DNA of 63,721 nucleotides, the filler included. It is 5 parts of 5 records of this genome, joined end to end, with 100 filler letters (N's around TTAATTAATTAA, not from the genome) between each part and the next. Parts side by side here need not be neighbours in the genome. Positions count along the whole stretch, not along the records: positions 25,634 to 53,638 come from SRR20825010_819; 4 more parts are not named here. One strand, written 5' to 3'. This document shows positions 38,360 through 47,292 of this stretch, one piece after another (positions within the stretch are counted from its first letter, which is position 1; each line of letters begins with the position of its first letter). The notes below the pieces were generated by a model. It was not told the DNA's origin. It was given only the letters and a program-made list of their open reading frames with translations, and made no database searches. The translations under genes were made by a program, and so were the position numbers.

Positions 38360-41300
38360 ATCGTTCCATTGCCTGGTTCGCCAGAAATGGGGCGGTTGCC
38401 AACCTGTTGATGATGACCCTGCTGGTGGCCGGGCTGCTGGCTATTCCTCATACCCGTCAGGAAACCCTGCCCAATGTGCCGCTGGACCGCATCGGCATTT
38501 ATGTGACGTATCCCCAGGCCACCCCGCAAACCGTGGAATCGCTGGTGTGTACCCCGGTGGAAACCGCGGTGGACGATGTGGGGGGCGGCACTGAGCTGAT
38601 CAGCGAATCCCGCGAGGGGTTATGCAGCGTTCAGCTGGATGTGCTGGAAGGGCATGATACTGGCGATGTACTGGAGCAGATCCGCACGCGCCTGGATGCT
38701 CTGGATAACCTGCCGTCGGGGGCCGCGCGCCCGCGAGTGCAGGAGTTGATTGTGCGTAACCGGGTGGTGAGGTTGCTGCTCAGCGGCTCCCTGTCCCGTA
38801 CGGATTTGTACCAGCTGGGCAACCGGGTTCGCCGGCAGCTGCTCAACCACGATGCTATTTCCAGCGTGGATATTGAAAACCTGCCGGAACGGGAAATGGC
38901 GCTGCTGGTCTCCCGCGATGACCTGTATCGCTACGAGTTGACGCTGGATGGGATTGCGGCTGCAGCCAGCCAGAGCGTGCAGCGCATCGCCGGCGGTGTG
39001 CTGCGTAGCGACAAGGGAGACTGGCTGCTGCAGACCGGCGAGCAACCCGGTGATGCCCGCGCTTATGAGCAACTGGTAATCCGCCAGTCGGAGCAGGGGG
39101 ACTTGTTGACCCTGGGCGATGTGGCCCAGGTGCAGGACGGTTTTTCCCGAGACACCCAGGCCGCCTGGCTGGATGGCAAACCGGCGGTGGCATTGGATGT
39201 GTACCGAGTTGGTGATCAGAACGTGCTGGATGTGGCCGGAGCTGTGCGTGACTACCTGGCAGAGGCAGATCTGCCTCCCGGTGTCGGGTTACAGGTGTGG
39301 AGCGACGATGCTCGCCAGTTCAGTGAGCGCTCAAACCTGCTCTGGCGTAACGCCTTGCAAGGGCTGGTACTGCTGACATTGATGCTGGCCGTCTTCCTTA
39401 CGTTGCGGTTAGCGGGCTGGGTGGCACTGGGGATTCCCGTGTGCATGCTCGGTGCCTGCGCCATGCTGCCGTTGCTGGGCGAGTCCTTTAATACTATCTC
39501 TTTGTTCGCCTTTATTCTGGTACTGGGGATTGTGGTGGATGATGCGGTGATTGTGGGCGAAAGCATTGATCACCAACGCCGCCAGGGGCTGACCGGGGGG
39601 CAAGCGGCTATCCGTGGGGCACAACGGGTGGCGAAACCGATTTTGTTTGCGGTCATGACCACGCTTTTTGCCTTTGCCCCCTTGCTGTTCCTGCCGGGGC
39701 CGGAAGGGGCATTGATGCGGGTTATCCCTATCGTCTCGATGACCATCCTGTTGCTGTCACTGGTGGAGTCCCTGTGGATTCTGCCGGCCCACCTGAGCCA
39801 CGATCGCCCGGCACGGGGGCTGTGGCTGAAATCCGAACAACTGGCCACGTGCCTTAACGATGGTCTGGAGCGCTGGCTGGACCGGCGTGCCCGGCCTATT
39901 TTGCAACGCTGCTTGCACTGGCGTTATGTGTTGGTGGTGGTATTCGTGGGCCTGTTTATTTTCTGCTGTGCGTTGGTTAACAGCGGTTGGTTGACCATGG
40001 TGTTGTTCTCCCGGGTGGAAGGAGACCGGGTGATGGCAGAAGTGGTGTTCCCGCAGGGCACTGGTGATCTTCGTCTGGCACGGGAAGTCAGGGCGCTGGA
40101 AGATTCCGCCCAGGCGCTGGCTCGCCAATTGGCGGCCGCCGCCGGTGATGATGGTGCGGAGAATGGCGATAGTGTTGAGAATGTTGAGAGCGACGCACCG
40201 ATCCGTATAGATTCGGTGTTTGCCGAGCAGGGGGTGCGCCAGAAAACCTCCAACGCTAGTGATCCCGGTGCGCGATATCGGGTTCGGGTTACCCTGGCGA
40301 TTAGCGGTGATACCAGCGTCATGCCGCCCCGGGAAATCGCACGGCGGTGGCGCGATCAGCACGGGGTGATCGCCGATGCGTTGTCGGTGAAATTCCATGC
40401 CAGCCTGATGCAGGTAAAACCGGATATTCATATCAATCTGTTCCACCCGGACCTGACGACGCTACAGCGGATGAGCGAGCAGGCGGCGTTGGCGTTGGCG
40501 CGCATGGACGGAGTCCATGAGGTAGCCAATAATCTGCATGCCCAGCGAACCATTGTAGATATCAACTTGCGTGAAGAAGGGGAGCGAGCCGGTTTGCGGG
40601 CCGAACAAGTGGGGGCGCAGGTGCGCAATGCGTTCCACGGCATTGAGCTGGATCGCTGGTTTGAACAGGACCAGGAGGTGCCGGTGATGCTGCGGCTGGC
40701 TCAGGACGACAGTCGCCAGATTACCGATCTGGAGCGAATGCCGGTGCAATTGGCGGACGGTGAAATGACCGTGCTCGCAGCCGTGGCCTCGCTATCGCGT
40801 CGGCAGGCGCCGGCCATGATTAGCCACTATGACGGTCGTCGCAGTGCCACGGTGAGTGCCTTTGTGGATGAACACACCACGTCTCCGGCTCTGGTCATGG
40901 CAGAGTTGCGCAGGGCGCTGCTGGATCCGATGATGGCAGCGGACGATAACGCCGGCTGGACGGTGGCGGGAAAGCAGGCGGCGATCAAGGATTTCTTGTC
41001 ACACTTGTCGATCAGCTATTTGATTGCACTGGCGGCGATTTTCTTCTTGCTCACCATTCTGTTCGGCGGTTATGGCCAACCCCTGCTGGTGATGGCGGCG
41101 ATTCCGTTTGGGCTGGTGGGGGCCTTTATGGGGCACTTTCTGCTGGGTTACAGCGTGACACTGTGGTCGCTGGTGGGAATCATCGCGGTGAGTGGCGTGG
41201 TGGTGAATGACAACCTGGTGTTGCTCGATGCCATCAACGACCTCCGGGAAAAAGGTGCATCGTTACGGGAGGCGGTGATCGACGGCGTGAGTGGACGGTT

Positions 41301-41679
41301 ACGGCCGGTGATGTTGACGTCGATCACCACCTTTGCCGGTGTCGCACCGCTGATGCTGGAAACCAGCGTTCAAGCCCGCTTCCTGATTCCCATGGCCGTC
41401 TCGTTGGCTTTCGGGGTGCTGTTTGCCACCTTGGTGAGCCTGCTGCTGGTGCCTGGTTTGTTGGTAGTATCCAGTGATGTGAAGGGGCTGGTCACGCGCT
41501 GGCTGGCCCGCTGGCGAGCGCCGGAGGCATCAGAACAGGATACCGTGGAGATGGCCTATGAACGCGGCCGTTTGTATGCCGGTTGGGGAGGCGCCAACCC
41601 GTATCACGATGCCGTGCTGGGCTCCGCCTGGGAGGCGGGCCGGCAGGATTACATGCAAGGCCAGGCAGGCGTGCAGTGA
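38356..41679 (+). CDS. RND efflux permease with C-terminal extension
   Basis: WFARNGAVANLLM, GIVVDDAVIVGE, RLRPVMLTSITT; extra tail of about 45 aa after last TM. Confidence 0.92.
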   Translation: MNRSIAWFARNGAVANLLMMTLLVAGLLAIPHTRQETLPNVPLDRIGIYVTYPQATPQTVESLVCTPVETAVDDVGGGTELISESREGLCSVQLDVLEGHDTGDVLEQIRTRLDALDNLPSGAARPRVQELIVRNRVVRLLLSGSLSRTDLYQLGNRVRRQLLNHDAISSVDIENLPEREMALLVSRDDLYRYELTLDGIAAAASQSVQRIAGGVLRSDKGDWLLQTGEQPGDARAYEQLVIRQSEQGDLLTLGDVAQVQDGFSRDTQAAWLDGKPAVALDVYRVGDQNVLDVAGAVRDYLAEADLPPGVGLQVWSDDARQFSERSNLLWRNALQGLVLLTLMLAVFLTLRLAGWVALGIPVCMLGACAMLPLLGESFNTISLFAFILVLGIVVDDAVIVGESIDHQRRQGLTGGQAAIRGAQRVAKPILFAVMTTLFAFAPLLFLPGPEGALMRVIPIVSMTILLLSLVESLWILPAHLSHDRPARGLWLKSEQLATCLNDGLERWLDRRARPILQRCLHWRYVLVVVFVGLFIFCCALVNSGWLTMVLFSRVEGDRVMAEVVFPQGTGDLRLAREVRALEDSAQALARQLAAAAGDDGAENGDSVENVESDAPIRIDSVFAEQGVRQKTSNASDPGARYRVRVTLAISGDTSVMPPREIARRWRDQHGVIADALSVKFHASLMQVKPDIHINLFHPDLTTLQRMSEQAALALARMDGVHEVANNLHAQRTIVDINLREEGERAGLRAEQVGAQVRNAFHGIELDRWFEQDQEVPVMLRLAQDDSRQITDLERMPVQLADGEMTVLAAVASLSRRQAPAMISHYDGRRSATVSAFVDEHTTSPALVMAELRRALLDPMMAADDNAGWTVAGKQAAIKDFLSHLSISYLIALAAIFFLLTILFGGYGQPLLVMAAIPFGLVGAFMGHFLLGYSVTLWSLVGIIAVSGVVVNDNLVLLDAINDLREKGASLREAVIDGVSGRLRPVMLTSITTFAGVAPLMLETSVQARFLIPMAVSLAFGVLFATLVSLLLVPGLLVVSSDVKGLVTRWLARWRAPEASEQDTVEMAYERGRLYAGWGGANPYHDAVLGSAWEAGRQDYMQGQAGVQ

Positions 41680-41742
41680 TGCAGGTTTCTGGCGGGGCTT
41701 TGCGCGTCAGGCTTTTGGCGTCAGCCGTCCAGCAAACCCCAT

Positions 41743-41846
41743 AAACGAAAGAGGCCGCACCCCAAACAGGGGCGCGGCCTCTTCGTTAACAGCAAGCTTT
41801 GCGGTTGTACGGTTGTTGCGTGCCGCGTGAAGCCTGTTGCGTCGCT
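41743..41846. terminator. Bidirectional terminator with heptamer arm
   Basis: AAACGAAAGAGGCCGCACCCC...GGGGCGCGGCCTCTTCGTT, then GCGTGCC GCGTGAA GCCTGTT GCGTCGC. Confidence 0.78.
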
Positions 41847-41848
41847 CT

Positions 41849-42604
41849 TTACGCCTTACCCTGATTGGCCACCGCTTCAGCCGCTTTCGCGGCCGCTTCT
41901 GCGTCGCCCAGGTAGTAGTTCTTGATGGGCTTCAGGTTGTCGTCCAGCTCGTAGACCATCGGTACGCCGGTGGGGATGTTGAGCTTGACGATTTCCTCGT
42001 CGGAAATGTCACCCAGGTATTTCACCAACGCGCGCAGGCTGTTGCCGTGGGCGCAGATCAATACCTGTTTGCCCGCTTCGATTTGCGGCTTGATGTCGCT
42101 TTCGAAGTAAGGGACGAAGCGATCGACCGTGTCTTTCAGGCTCTCTGACAGGGGAATCTGCGCTTCGCTCAGGTTCTTGTACACCCGGAAGTTGCCGGCG
42201 TAGCGTTCGTCGTCCCGCTCCATTTTCGGCGGTGGTGTGTCGTAGCTACGACGCCAGATATGGACCTGGTCATCCCCGTACTTGGCGGCCGTTTCCGCCT
42301 TGTTCAGGCCCTGCAAGGCACCGTAGTGGCGCTCGTTCAGGCGATAGTCGCGGATCACCGGGATCCACATCTGGTCCATGTTGTCCAGAATGCTCCACAG
42401 GGTGCGCACGGCACGCTTGAGCACCGAGGTGTAAGCCACATCGAACTCAAAGCCGGCTTCCTTCAGCAGCTCGCCTGCGGTGCGGGCTTCCTCGCGGCCT
42501 TGCTCGGTCAGATCCACGTCTTTCCAGCCGGTGAAGCGGTTTTCCTTGTTCCATACGCTCTGGCCGTGGCGGACCAGTACCAGTTTCGTGCTCATTAGCG
42601 TCAT
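41849..42604 (-). CDS. gpmA: 2,3-bisphosphoglycerate-dependent phosphoglycerate mutase (start 42604 or 42595)
   Basis: [40 protein letters not shown]. Confidence 0.97.
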   Translation of the reverse strand: MTLMSTKLVLVRHGQSVWNKENRFTGWKDVDLTEQGREEARTAGELLKEAGFEFDVAYTSVLKRAVRTLWSILDNMDQMWIPVIRDYRLNERHYGALQGLNKAETAAKYGDDQVHIWRRSYDTPPPKMERDDERYAGNFRVYKNLSEAQIPLSESLKDTVDRFVPYFESDIKPQIEAGKQVLICAHGNSLRALVKYLGDISDEEIVKLNIPTGVPMVYELDDNLKPIKNYYLGDAEAAAKAAEAVANQGKA

Positions 42605-42815
42605 TCCTGTGCGATTTCAATGCGGCGCAAAGAGTAGCAGAAATGCGCCGGGAAATTGAGCGCCACAGCCCGTATAATCGTCGCAAATTCTGTTGCCGCT
42701 GCCGGCAAGGCCTGTCCTGTGTATTTTTTTGCAGGCCATTTTGCCCTTTTCATGCGCAGCGATGACCTGTGAAAGCCGCTTCAAGGGCTTTTCCATTCCC
42801 GGATAAGGCGAAAAC

Positions 42816-43889
42816 ATGGCGTATCTTTGGTGCGAGGACAATCAGGCAATCAGTGAATGGCAAGGTGGGCTGACGGCGGGGACCCCGCTCTATCTGGACA
42901 CGGAATTCATGCGCGAGCGCACCTTCTGGCCGCAATTGGCGCTGGTGCAGGTACACGACGGTGAACAAATTCGCCTGATTGATACCACCCGGGTGGATGG
43001 CCCCACGTTGTCTCCGGTATTTCAGCAGCACACCCTGGTCATGCATGCCTGCTCGGAAGATCTGGAAGCCATTGCCACCTTTACCGGCCAATACCCGGCC
43101 GCCATCGAAGATACCCAGATTGCCGCGGCACTGAGCGGGGAAGACATGCAGTGGGGCTACCAGAAAGTGGTACAGATGCTGCTGGGTGTCGATCTGCCCA
43201 AAGGTGCGACGCGCACCAACTGGCTGAAACGGCCATTGAGCGACGAGCAGCTTCACTACGCCGAAGATGATGTGAAATACCTGCCGGAAGTGGCGGCGCT
43301 CCTTGCCGAGCGGCTGGACAAGCTGGGGCGTCGCGCCTGGTGGCAGGAAGAGTGCGAACGTCTGTTGAACCAGGCTCGCAGTGTCACTCCTGCCCAGGAT
43401 GCCTGGCGTAACGTGAAGGGGGCGGGCCTGCTGCAGGGGGAAAGCCTGGCGGTGCTGGCGGCCCTGACACCCTGGCGAGACCAGATGGCACGGGAGCGGA
43501 ACCTGCCAAAGAGTTTCGTGCTCAAAGATGCCCAGCTACTGGACCTGGCCCGGGCCAGTCGTAGTGACCGGGGCTTGCTGGCGGATCTGGGCTTTCATCC
43601 CAAGCAAATTCGTCGCGATGGTGATGCCTTGCTGGCGCTGATGGAAGAGGGCCGCCGGCAGACTCCGCCGGACCCGTTGCCGGGCCCGCCGGATGCGGCC
43701 CAGAAGAAACTCGCCAAGACCCTGCGCAACCGGGTAGGCGTGATTGCCGAAGAGATGGACATGAAGCCGGATGTATTGATGCGCCGGCGTTGGCTGGAAG
43801 CCCTTATTCGTCACCCGGACCGGGTGCCGGAGCCGTTGACCGGGTGGCGCCATGACATCGTCACCCAACCCCTGCTGGAGTTACTGTAG
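42816..43889 (+). CDS. rnd: Ribonuclease D
   Basis: [32 protein letters not shown]...YAEDDV, HRDC domain. Confidence 0.93.
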   Translation: MAYLWCEDNQAISEWQGGLTAGTPLYLDTEFMRERTFWPQLALVQVHDGEQIRLIDTTRVDGPTLSPVFQQHTLVMHACSEDLEAIATFTGQYPAAIEDTQIAAALSGEDMQWGYQKVVQMLLGVDLPKGATRTNWLKRPLSDEQLHYAEDDVKYLPEVAALLAERLDKLGRRAWWQEECERLLNQARSVTPAQDAWRNVKGAGLLQGESLAVLAALTPWRDQMARERNLPKSFVLKDAQLLDLARASRSDRGLLADLGFHPKQIRRDGDALLALMEEGRRQTPPDPLPGPPDAAQKKLAKTLRNRVGVIAEEMDMKPDVLMRRRWLEALIRHPDRVPEPLTGWRHDIVTQPLLELL

Positions 43890-44206
43890 TGAGTGAGGGC
43901 GTGTTGAAAGGCAAGCTGTTTTGTTCGATCTACAAGAGCCGTCGCAAAAGCGGTATGTATTTGTATGTGGATCGTCAGAAGGGTCTGAAAGAGGTGCCAG
44001 AAATACTGATGGGGCAATTTGGCCATGCTGAACATGTGACCGACATGATCCTTAACCCGGAGCGGCCTTTGGCCCGGGCGGATGTGGAGCAGGTCATGGG
44101 TAAAATCCGCGAGCAGGGCTTTTATCTGCAGATGCCGCCGCCGCCGGATGAAGACCTGTTCATGGCCGATGGCCATCCGGACAAACCGGCCGGACGTGAT
44201 GCCTGA
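43889..44206 (+). CDS. ycgL: YcgL domain protein
   Basis: CSIYKS...MYLYV...[10 protein letters not shown]...LARAD...QGFYLQMPP. Confidence 0.9.
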   Translation: MSEGVLKGKLFCSIYKSRRKSGMYLYVDRQKGLKEVPEILMGQFGHAEHVTDMILNPERPLARADVEQVMGKIREQGFYLQMPPPPDEDLFMADGHPDKPAGRDA

Positions 44207-44657
44207 CGTGACCCTGCCACTGCGTGCGCAGTTCTGGACCCTGCCGTTGGGTGAGCTCAATGCCCGCGAGTGGGAGGCGCTGTGCGATGGTTGTGGCCGT
44301 TGTTGTCTGGTCAAACTGGAAGATGAAGATAGCGGCGAGTTGGCGTTTACCAATCTGGCCTGTCGCTTTCTGGATAGCAAAAAATGTCAGTGCCGGGTAT
44401 ATCCGGAGCGTTTTCAGCGGGTCCCTGACTGTATTCAAGTGACTGAAGCCATTGCCCGGGATACGGACTGGCTACCGTCCACTTGTGCGTATCGTTTGCG
44501 TGCCCATGGCCAGCCATTGCCCGGCTGGCACCCGCTGCTCAGCGACAATGCGGGCAGCGTGAAACAGGCAGGTATAAGCGTGGCCGGCCGAGTGGTGTCC
44601 GAGCAGCTTGTGCCGGAAGACGATTGGGAAGAGCATATTGTTCACTGGATCGACTGA
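44199..44657 (+). CDS. ycgN: YcgN family cysteine-cluster protein (start revised to 44199)
   Basis: [36 protein letters not shown]. Confidence 0.92.
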   Translation: MPDVTLPLRAQFWTLPLGELNAREWEALCDGCGRCCLVKLEDEDSGELAFTNLACRFLDSKKCQCRVYPERFQRVPDCIQVTEAIARDTDWLPSTCAYRLRAHGQPLPGWHPLLSDNAGSVKQAGISVAGRVVSEQLVPEDDWEEHIVHWID

Positions 44658-44707
44658 ATGCAGGTGAGTGCCTGGCAGTGGGTTCAATCACACGTGTAGG
44701 AGAAGTT

Positions 44708-45055
44708 GTGACAACACAAGCATATTTATGGGGCTGGTTTGCCTACCTGATCGGCAGCGTCGGCGTATTGTTTGTCTGGTGGTGGCTGACACGCCCGCTG
44801 TCACGGTGGGGCAAAGTGCCACTGCGCACCGTGTTGACGGCTCTGTTGCTGACCCCCTGGTCTGTTTCCCCGCAACATGACGAATGGGCACCGGCCTGGG
44901 TGGTCAGCCTGTTTGATGGGCTTGCGCAGGAAGACGTGAGCCTGTGGCGCGCTGGTGGGCCGCTATTGGCCATGCTGGTGGTGGCATTGGTGGTGGCCGC
45001 ATTTGAACTGTGGCGGCAGCGGCGCAAACAAGCGGCCATGCCGGTTCAGCAATGA
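44708..45055 (+). CDS. Hypothetical membrane protein (start revised to GTG 44708)
   Basis: AGGAG RBS; three hydrophobic segments; ATGA overlap with HIT gene. Confidence 0.7.
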   Translation: MTTQAYLWGWFAYLIGSVGVLFVWWWLTRPLSRWGKVPLRTVLTALLLTPWSVSPQHDEWAPAWVVSLFDGLAQEDVSLWRAGGPLLAMLVVALVVAAFELWRQRRKQAAMPVQQ

Positions 45056-45504
45056 GCCAGTGTATTTTCTGCCAGATCCAGGCGGGCACGTTGCCCGCCA
45101 GCGTGGTTTACGAAGATGAGCAGGCCATGGTGATTCTGGATCTTTTCCCGATCCGTGAAGCCCATTGCCTGGTCATTCCGCGTGAGCACGCGCCTCTGCT
45201 GGAAGGGCTGGACGCTGCGGTGACACACCACTTGATGGATCTGGCGCGGCGGACCATTGTCGCCCAGAAGCGGGCCGGCCTTGCAGTAAAGGCGCACAAC
45301 GTGGTGGTCAACGATGGCCGTGAGGCCAATCAGCATGTGCCCCATGTGCACGTGCACGTGATTCCTCGTCGCGGCGGCGATACGCTGGTAACGGCGCTGA
45401 CCTGGGCAACCCGCCTACTCAATGTCTTCGGCATGGCGAAACGACGCAAGCGCCTGGATCGGCTGGCAGGCCTGCTGTCTGAGCACTTCCCCGGCAGTGC
45501 CTGA
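45052..45504 (+). CDS. HIT family hydrolase
   Basis: MSQCIFCQI, HCLVIPREH, QHVPHVHVHVIPR histidine triad. Confidence 0.93.
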   Translation: MSQCIFCQIQAGTLPASVVYEDEQAMVILDLFPIREAHCLVIPREHAPLLEGLDAAVTHHLMDLARRTIVAQKRAGLAVKAHNVVVNDGREANQHVPHVHVHVIPRRGGDTLVTALTWATRLLNVFGMAKRRKRLDRLAGLLSEHFPGSA

Positions 45505-45522
45505 CGCTCGCTTGCGTGCCGC

Positions 45523-46257
45523 TTAATGGGTGCGCGGCTTTCGCCAGGCGCGCACCCGTAGCGGCCAGTGCACGGTGCGTGTCTGTGGCCCCCATTGTGT
45601 TCGCAGCGCCGCACTGAAGGGTGCCAGCGGACTCTGGCCTGCTCTGGCTGCGTGTACCAGCGCGGACCAGGTATCCAGATAACCGATAAACGTCTCCACG
45701 GACCATTCCCGTTCTATGGTGGTCTCCGCAAAGTGCAGGGCTGGCCAATGCAGCTGTGCCTGGGGATAGCCCGCCACCACATCGGCGCGTTCCGCCGGCC
45801 ACCATGGGCTCAGTGGGCCATCATGGAATGCCTTCACCAGACTTTCCAGACCTTCCACATCGCACAGGCCATAACTGATCAGGGCCAGTACCCCGCCGGA
45901 TTTCAGAACCCGCTCAGCCTCGGCAAAGAAGGCGGTTTTGTCGAACCAGTGAAATGCCTGGGCAACGGTGATCAGGTCCACACAGGTATTTGGCAAGGGA
46001 AGCTGATGGGCCTGCGTTGCCAGAAAGCTTGTGGCTGAGGCTGGCGCAGCCTGAAGTTGCGGAAGGCTGATATCAGTGCCGATCACATGCTGGAAGTGGG
46101 GTTCCAGGCCGCGGCTGGCCTGGCCGCTGCCACAGCCCACATCCACAGCAAGATGGGCGGCAGGGCTTTGGGCGCTGAGCCATTCAAAAAGCGCATCGGG
46201 GTAGGTGGGACGAAACTGCTGATAGTGCTGGCCGCGTTGAAACAGGCTGTCAGTCAC
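45523..46257 (-). CDS. Class I SAM-dependent methyltransferase (start revised to GTG 46257)
   Basis: YQQFRPTYP, VDVGCGSGQ, DLITVAQAFHWFD, RVLKSGG. Confidence 0.9.
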   Translation of the reverse strand: MTDSLFQRGQHYQQFRPTYPDALFEWLSAQSPAAHLAVDVGCGSGQASRGLEPHFQHVIGTDISLPQLQAAPASATSFLATQAHQLPLPNTCVDLITVAQAFHWFDKTAFFAEAERVLKSGGVLALISYGLCDVEGLESLVKAFHDGPLSPWWPAERADVVAGYPQAQLHWPALHFAETTIEREWSVETFIGYLDTWSALVHAARAGQSPLAPFSAALRTQWGPQTRTVHWPLRVRAWRKPRTH

Positions 46258-46612
46258 TGAAGTAACCGGTGGTATCAAAATGCGCTGCCCACAGGCGTCC
46301 GTCGGCCCGTTCCAGGTCCAGGGCGACACCGGCCAGCAAATGGCCTTCCGGGGCTGCGCACCAGGCAATGGTGCCGTAAAGGTGGTAGGTGCCGTGCTTT
46401 TCCAGCAGTGCTACCCAGAGCTCAACATCCGTATTGGGCTTGATCGGCGCAGGCAGCTCCACGCTGATTCCGGCGAGGGAAATATCGTGGGTGGTCAGAT
46501 ACAGGCGATCTTCCGGCGCCACGGCATCCGATCCGGCGGGCAGCAAGGTAAGAGACAGGTTCTCTTCACGGCTGATCCGGGGGTGGCGTCGGTTGTCCAT
46601 TGCTGTAGCCAT
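46250..46612 (-). CDS. PilZ domain protein
   Basis: RRHPR (RxxxR) and DISLAG (DxSxxG) c-di-GMP-binding motifs. Confidence 0.85.
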   Translation of the reverse strand: MATAMDNRRHPRISREENLSLTLLPAGSDAVAPEDRLYLTTHDISLAGISVELPAPIKPNTDVELWVALLEKHGTYHLYGTIAWCAAPEGHLLAGVALDLERADGRLWAAHFDTTGYFSD

Positions 46613-46617
46613 ATGAC

Positions 46618-46770
46618 TTACCCGTAAATCATTCTGTCAACAACGTAAGCGGCGGCGGCCATGGTGGCAACCACCCCGAACAGGAACAGCAAGAACAACA
46701 GGGCGGGCTTGATCGTTTTGGGAAGCGCTTCGGTTTCGCGTGAAGCGCGGGGTTCCTGCGTTTTACTCAT
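46618..46770 (-). CDS. Small single-TM protein (50 aa, not in ORF track)
   Basis: MSKTQEPRASRETEALPKTIKPALLFLLFLFGVVATMAAAAYVVDRMIYG*, preceded by AGGAGA RBS, ends 5 nt before PilZ start. Confidence 0.7.
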   Translation of the reverse strand: MSKTQEPRASRETEALPKTIKPALLFLLFLFGVVATMAAAAYVVDRMIYG

Positions 46771-46895
46771 CAGTTATCTCCCTGACATATCCGCATACTT
46801 TACAGTATCAGTTATTCCGGGACGATAGGAAACTGGGGCCTTGCAGGGCTGGTAACTTGAGCCCTGCAAGGGTTTTTGGCAGTTTGCGACGCTGA

Positions 46896-47097
46896 TCACC
46901 CTGTGACGTCTATTTTCTGAAATAGCCAGTGATGCAGGCTGTCAGAGAGCAGCGGCACAAAGGCAACCAGCAACAGGGCCGTGAGCATGATGGCAATGGG
47001 CAACAGGTATTTTTCGTAGCGCCGGTAGAAAGAGCCATTGATGACTTTGGCGCTTTCCTCCTCGTCATCACCGACGACACTGGCGCGTCAACAGATG
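46896..47097 (-). pseudogene. Frameshifted 3' remnant of a TRAP large-permease paralog
   Basis: HLLTRQ(+1 nt)VVGDDEEESAKVINGSFYRRYEKYLLPIAIMLTALLLVAFVPLLSDSLHHWLFQKIDVTG*, 52/66 identical by hand alignment to the C-terminus of 47293-49623. Confidence 0.88.
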
Positions 47098-47249
47098 ACG
47101 GCAAAGATTGATGGTCGCGTCCACCGGGATGACCGGCAAAGGGAGATATGACCGCTTGGCACGCTGGCATAGGTATGGAAAGGCCGTGCCGGATGGTGCC
47201 GGAAGGGAGTGCGAAGATGTGAGGGGGCAACGTTGCTGACCTCAAAACG

Positions 47250-47277
47250 CAAAAAGGGCCCGAATGGGCCCTTTTTG
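47250..47277. terminator. Terminator of TRAP operon
   Basis: CAAAAAGGGCCC-gaat-GGGCCCTTTTTG. Confidence 0.85.
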
Positions 47278-47292
47278 CTGTGTCGGTTAGCG

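Noticed and set aside
31467-41679. Block as a prophage, ICE or defence island
   Set aside because: No integrase, transposase, tRNA att site, nuclease or phage genes
46910-47245. 111-aa minus-strand ORF (and 46929-47111 plus-strand ORF)
   Set aside because: Out-of-frame or antisense readings of the TRAP permease remnant
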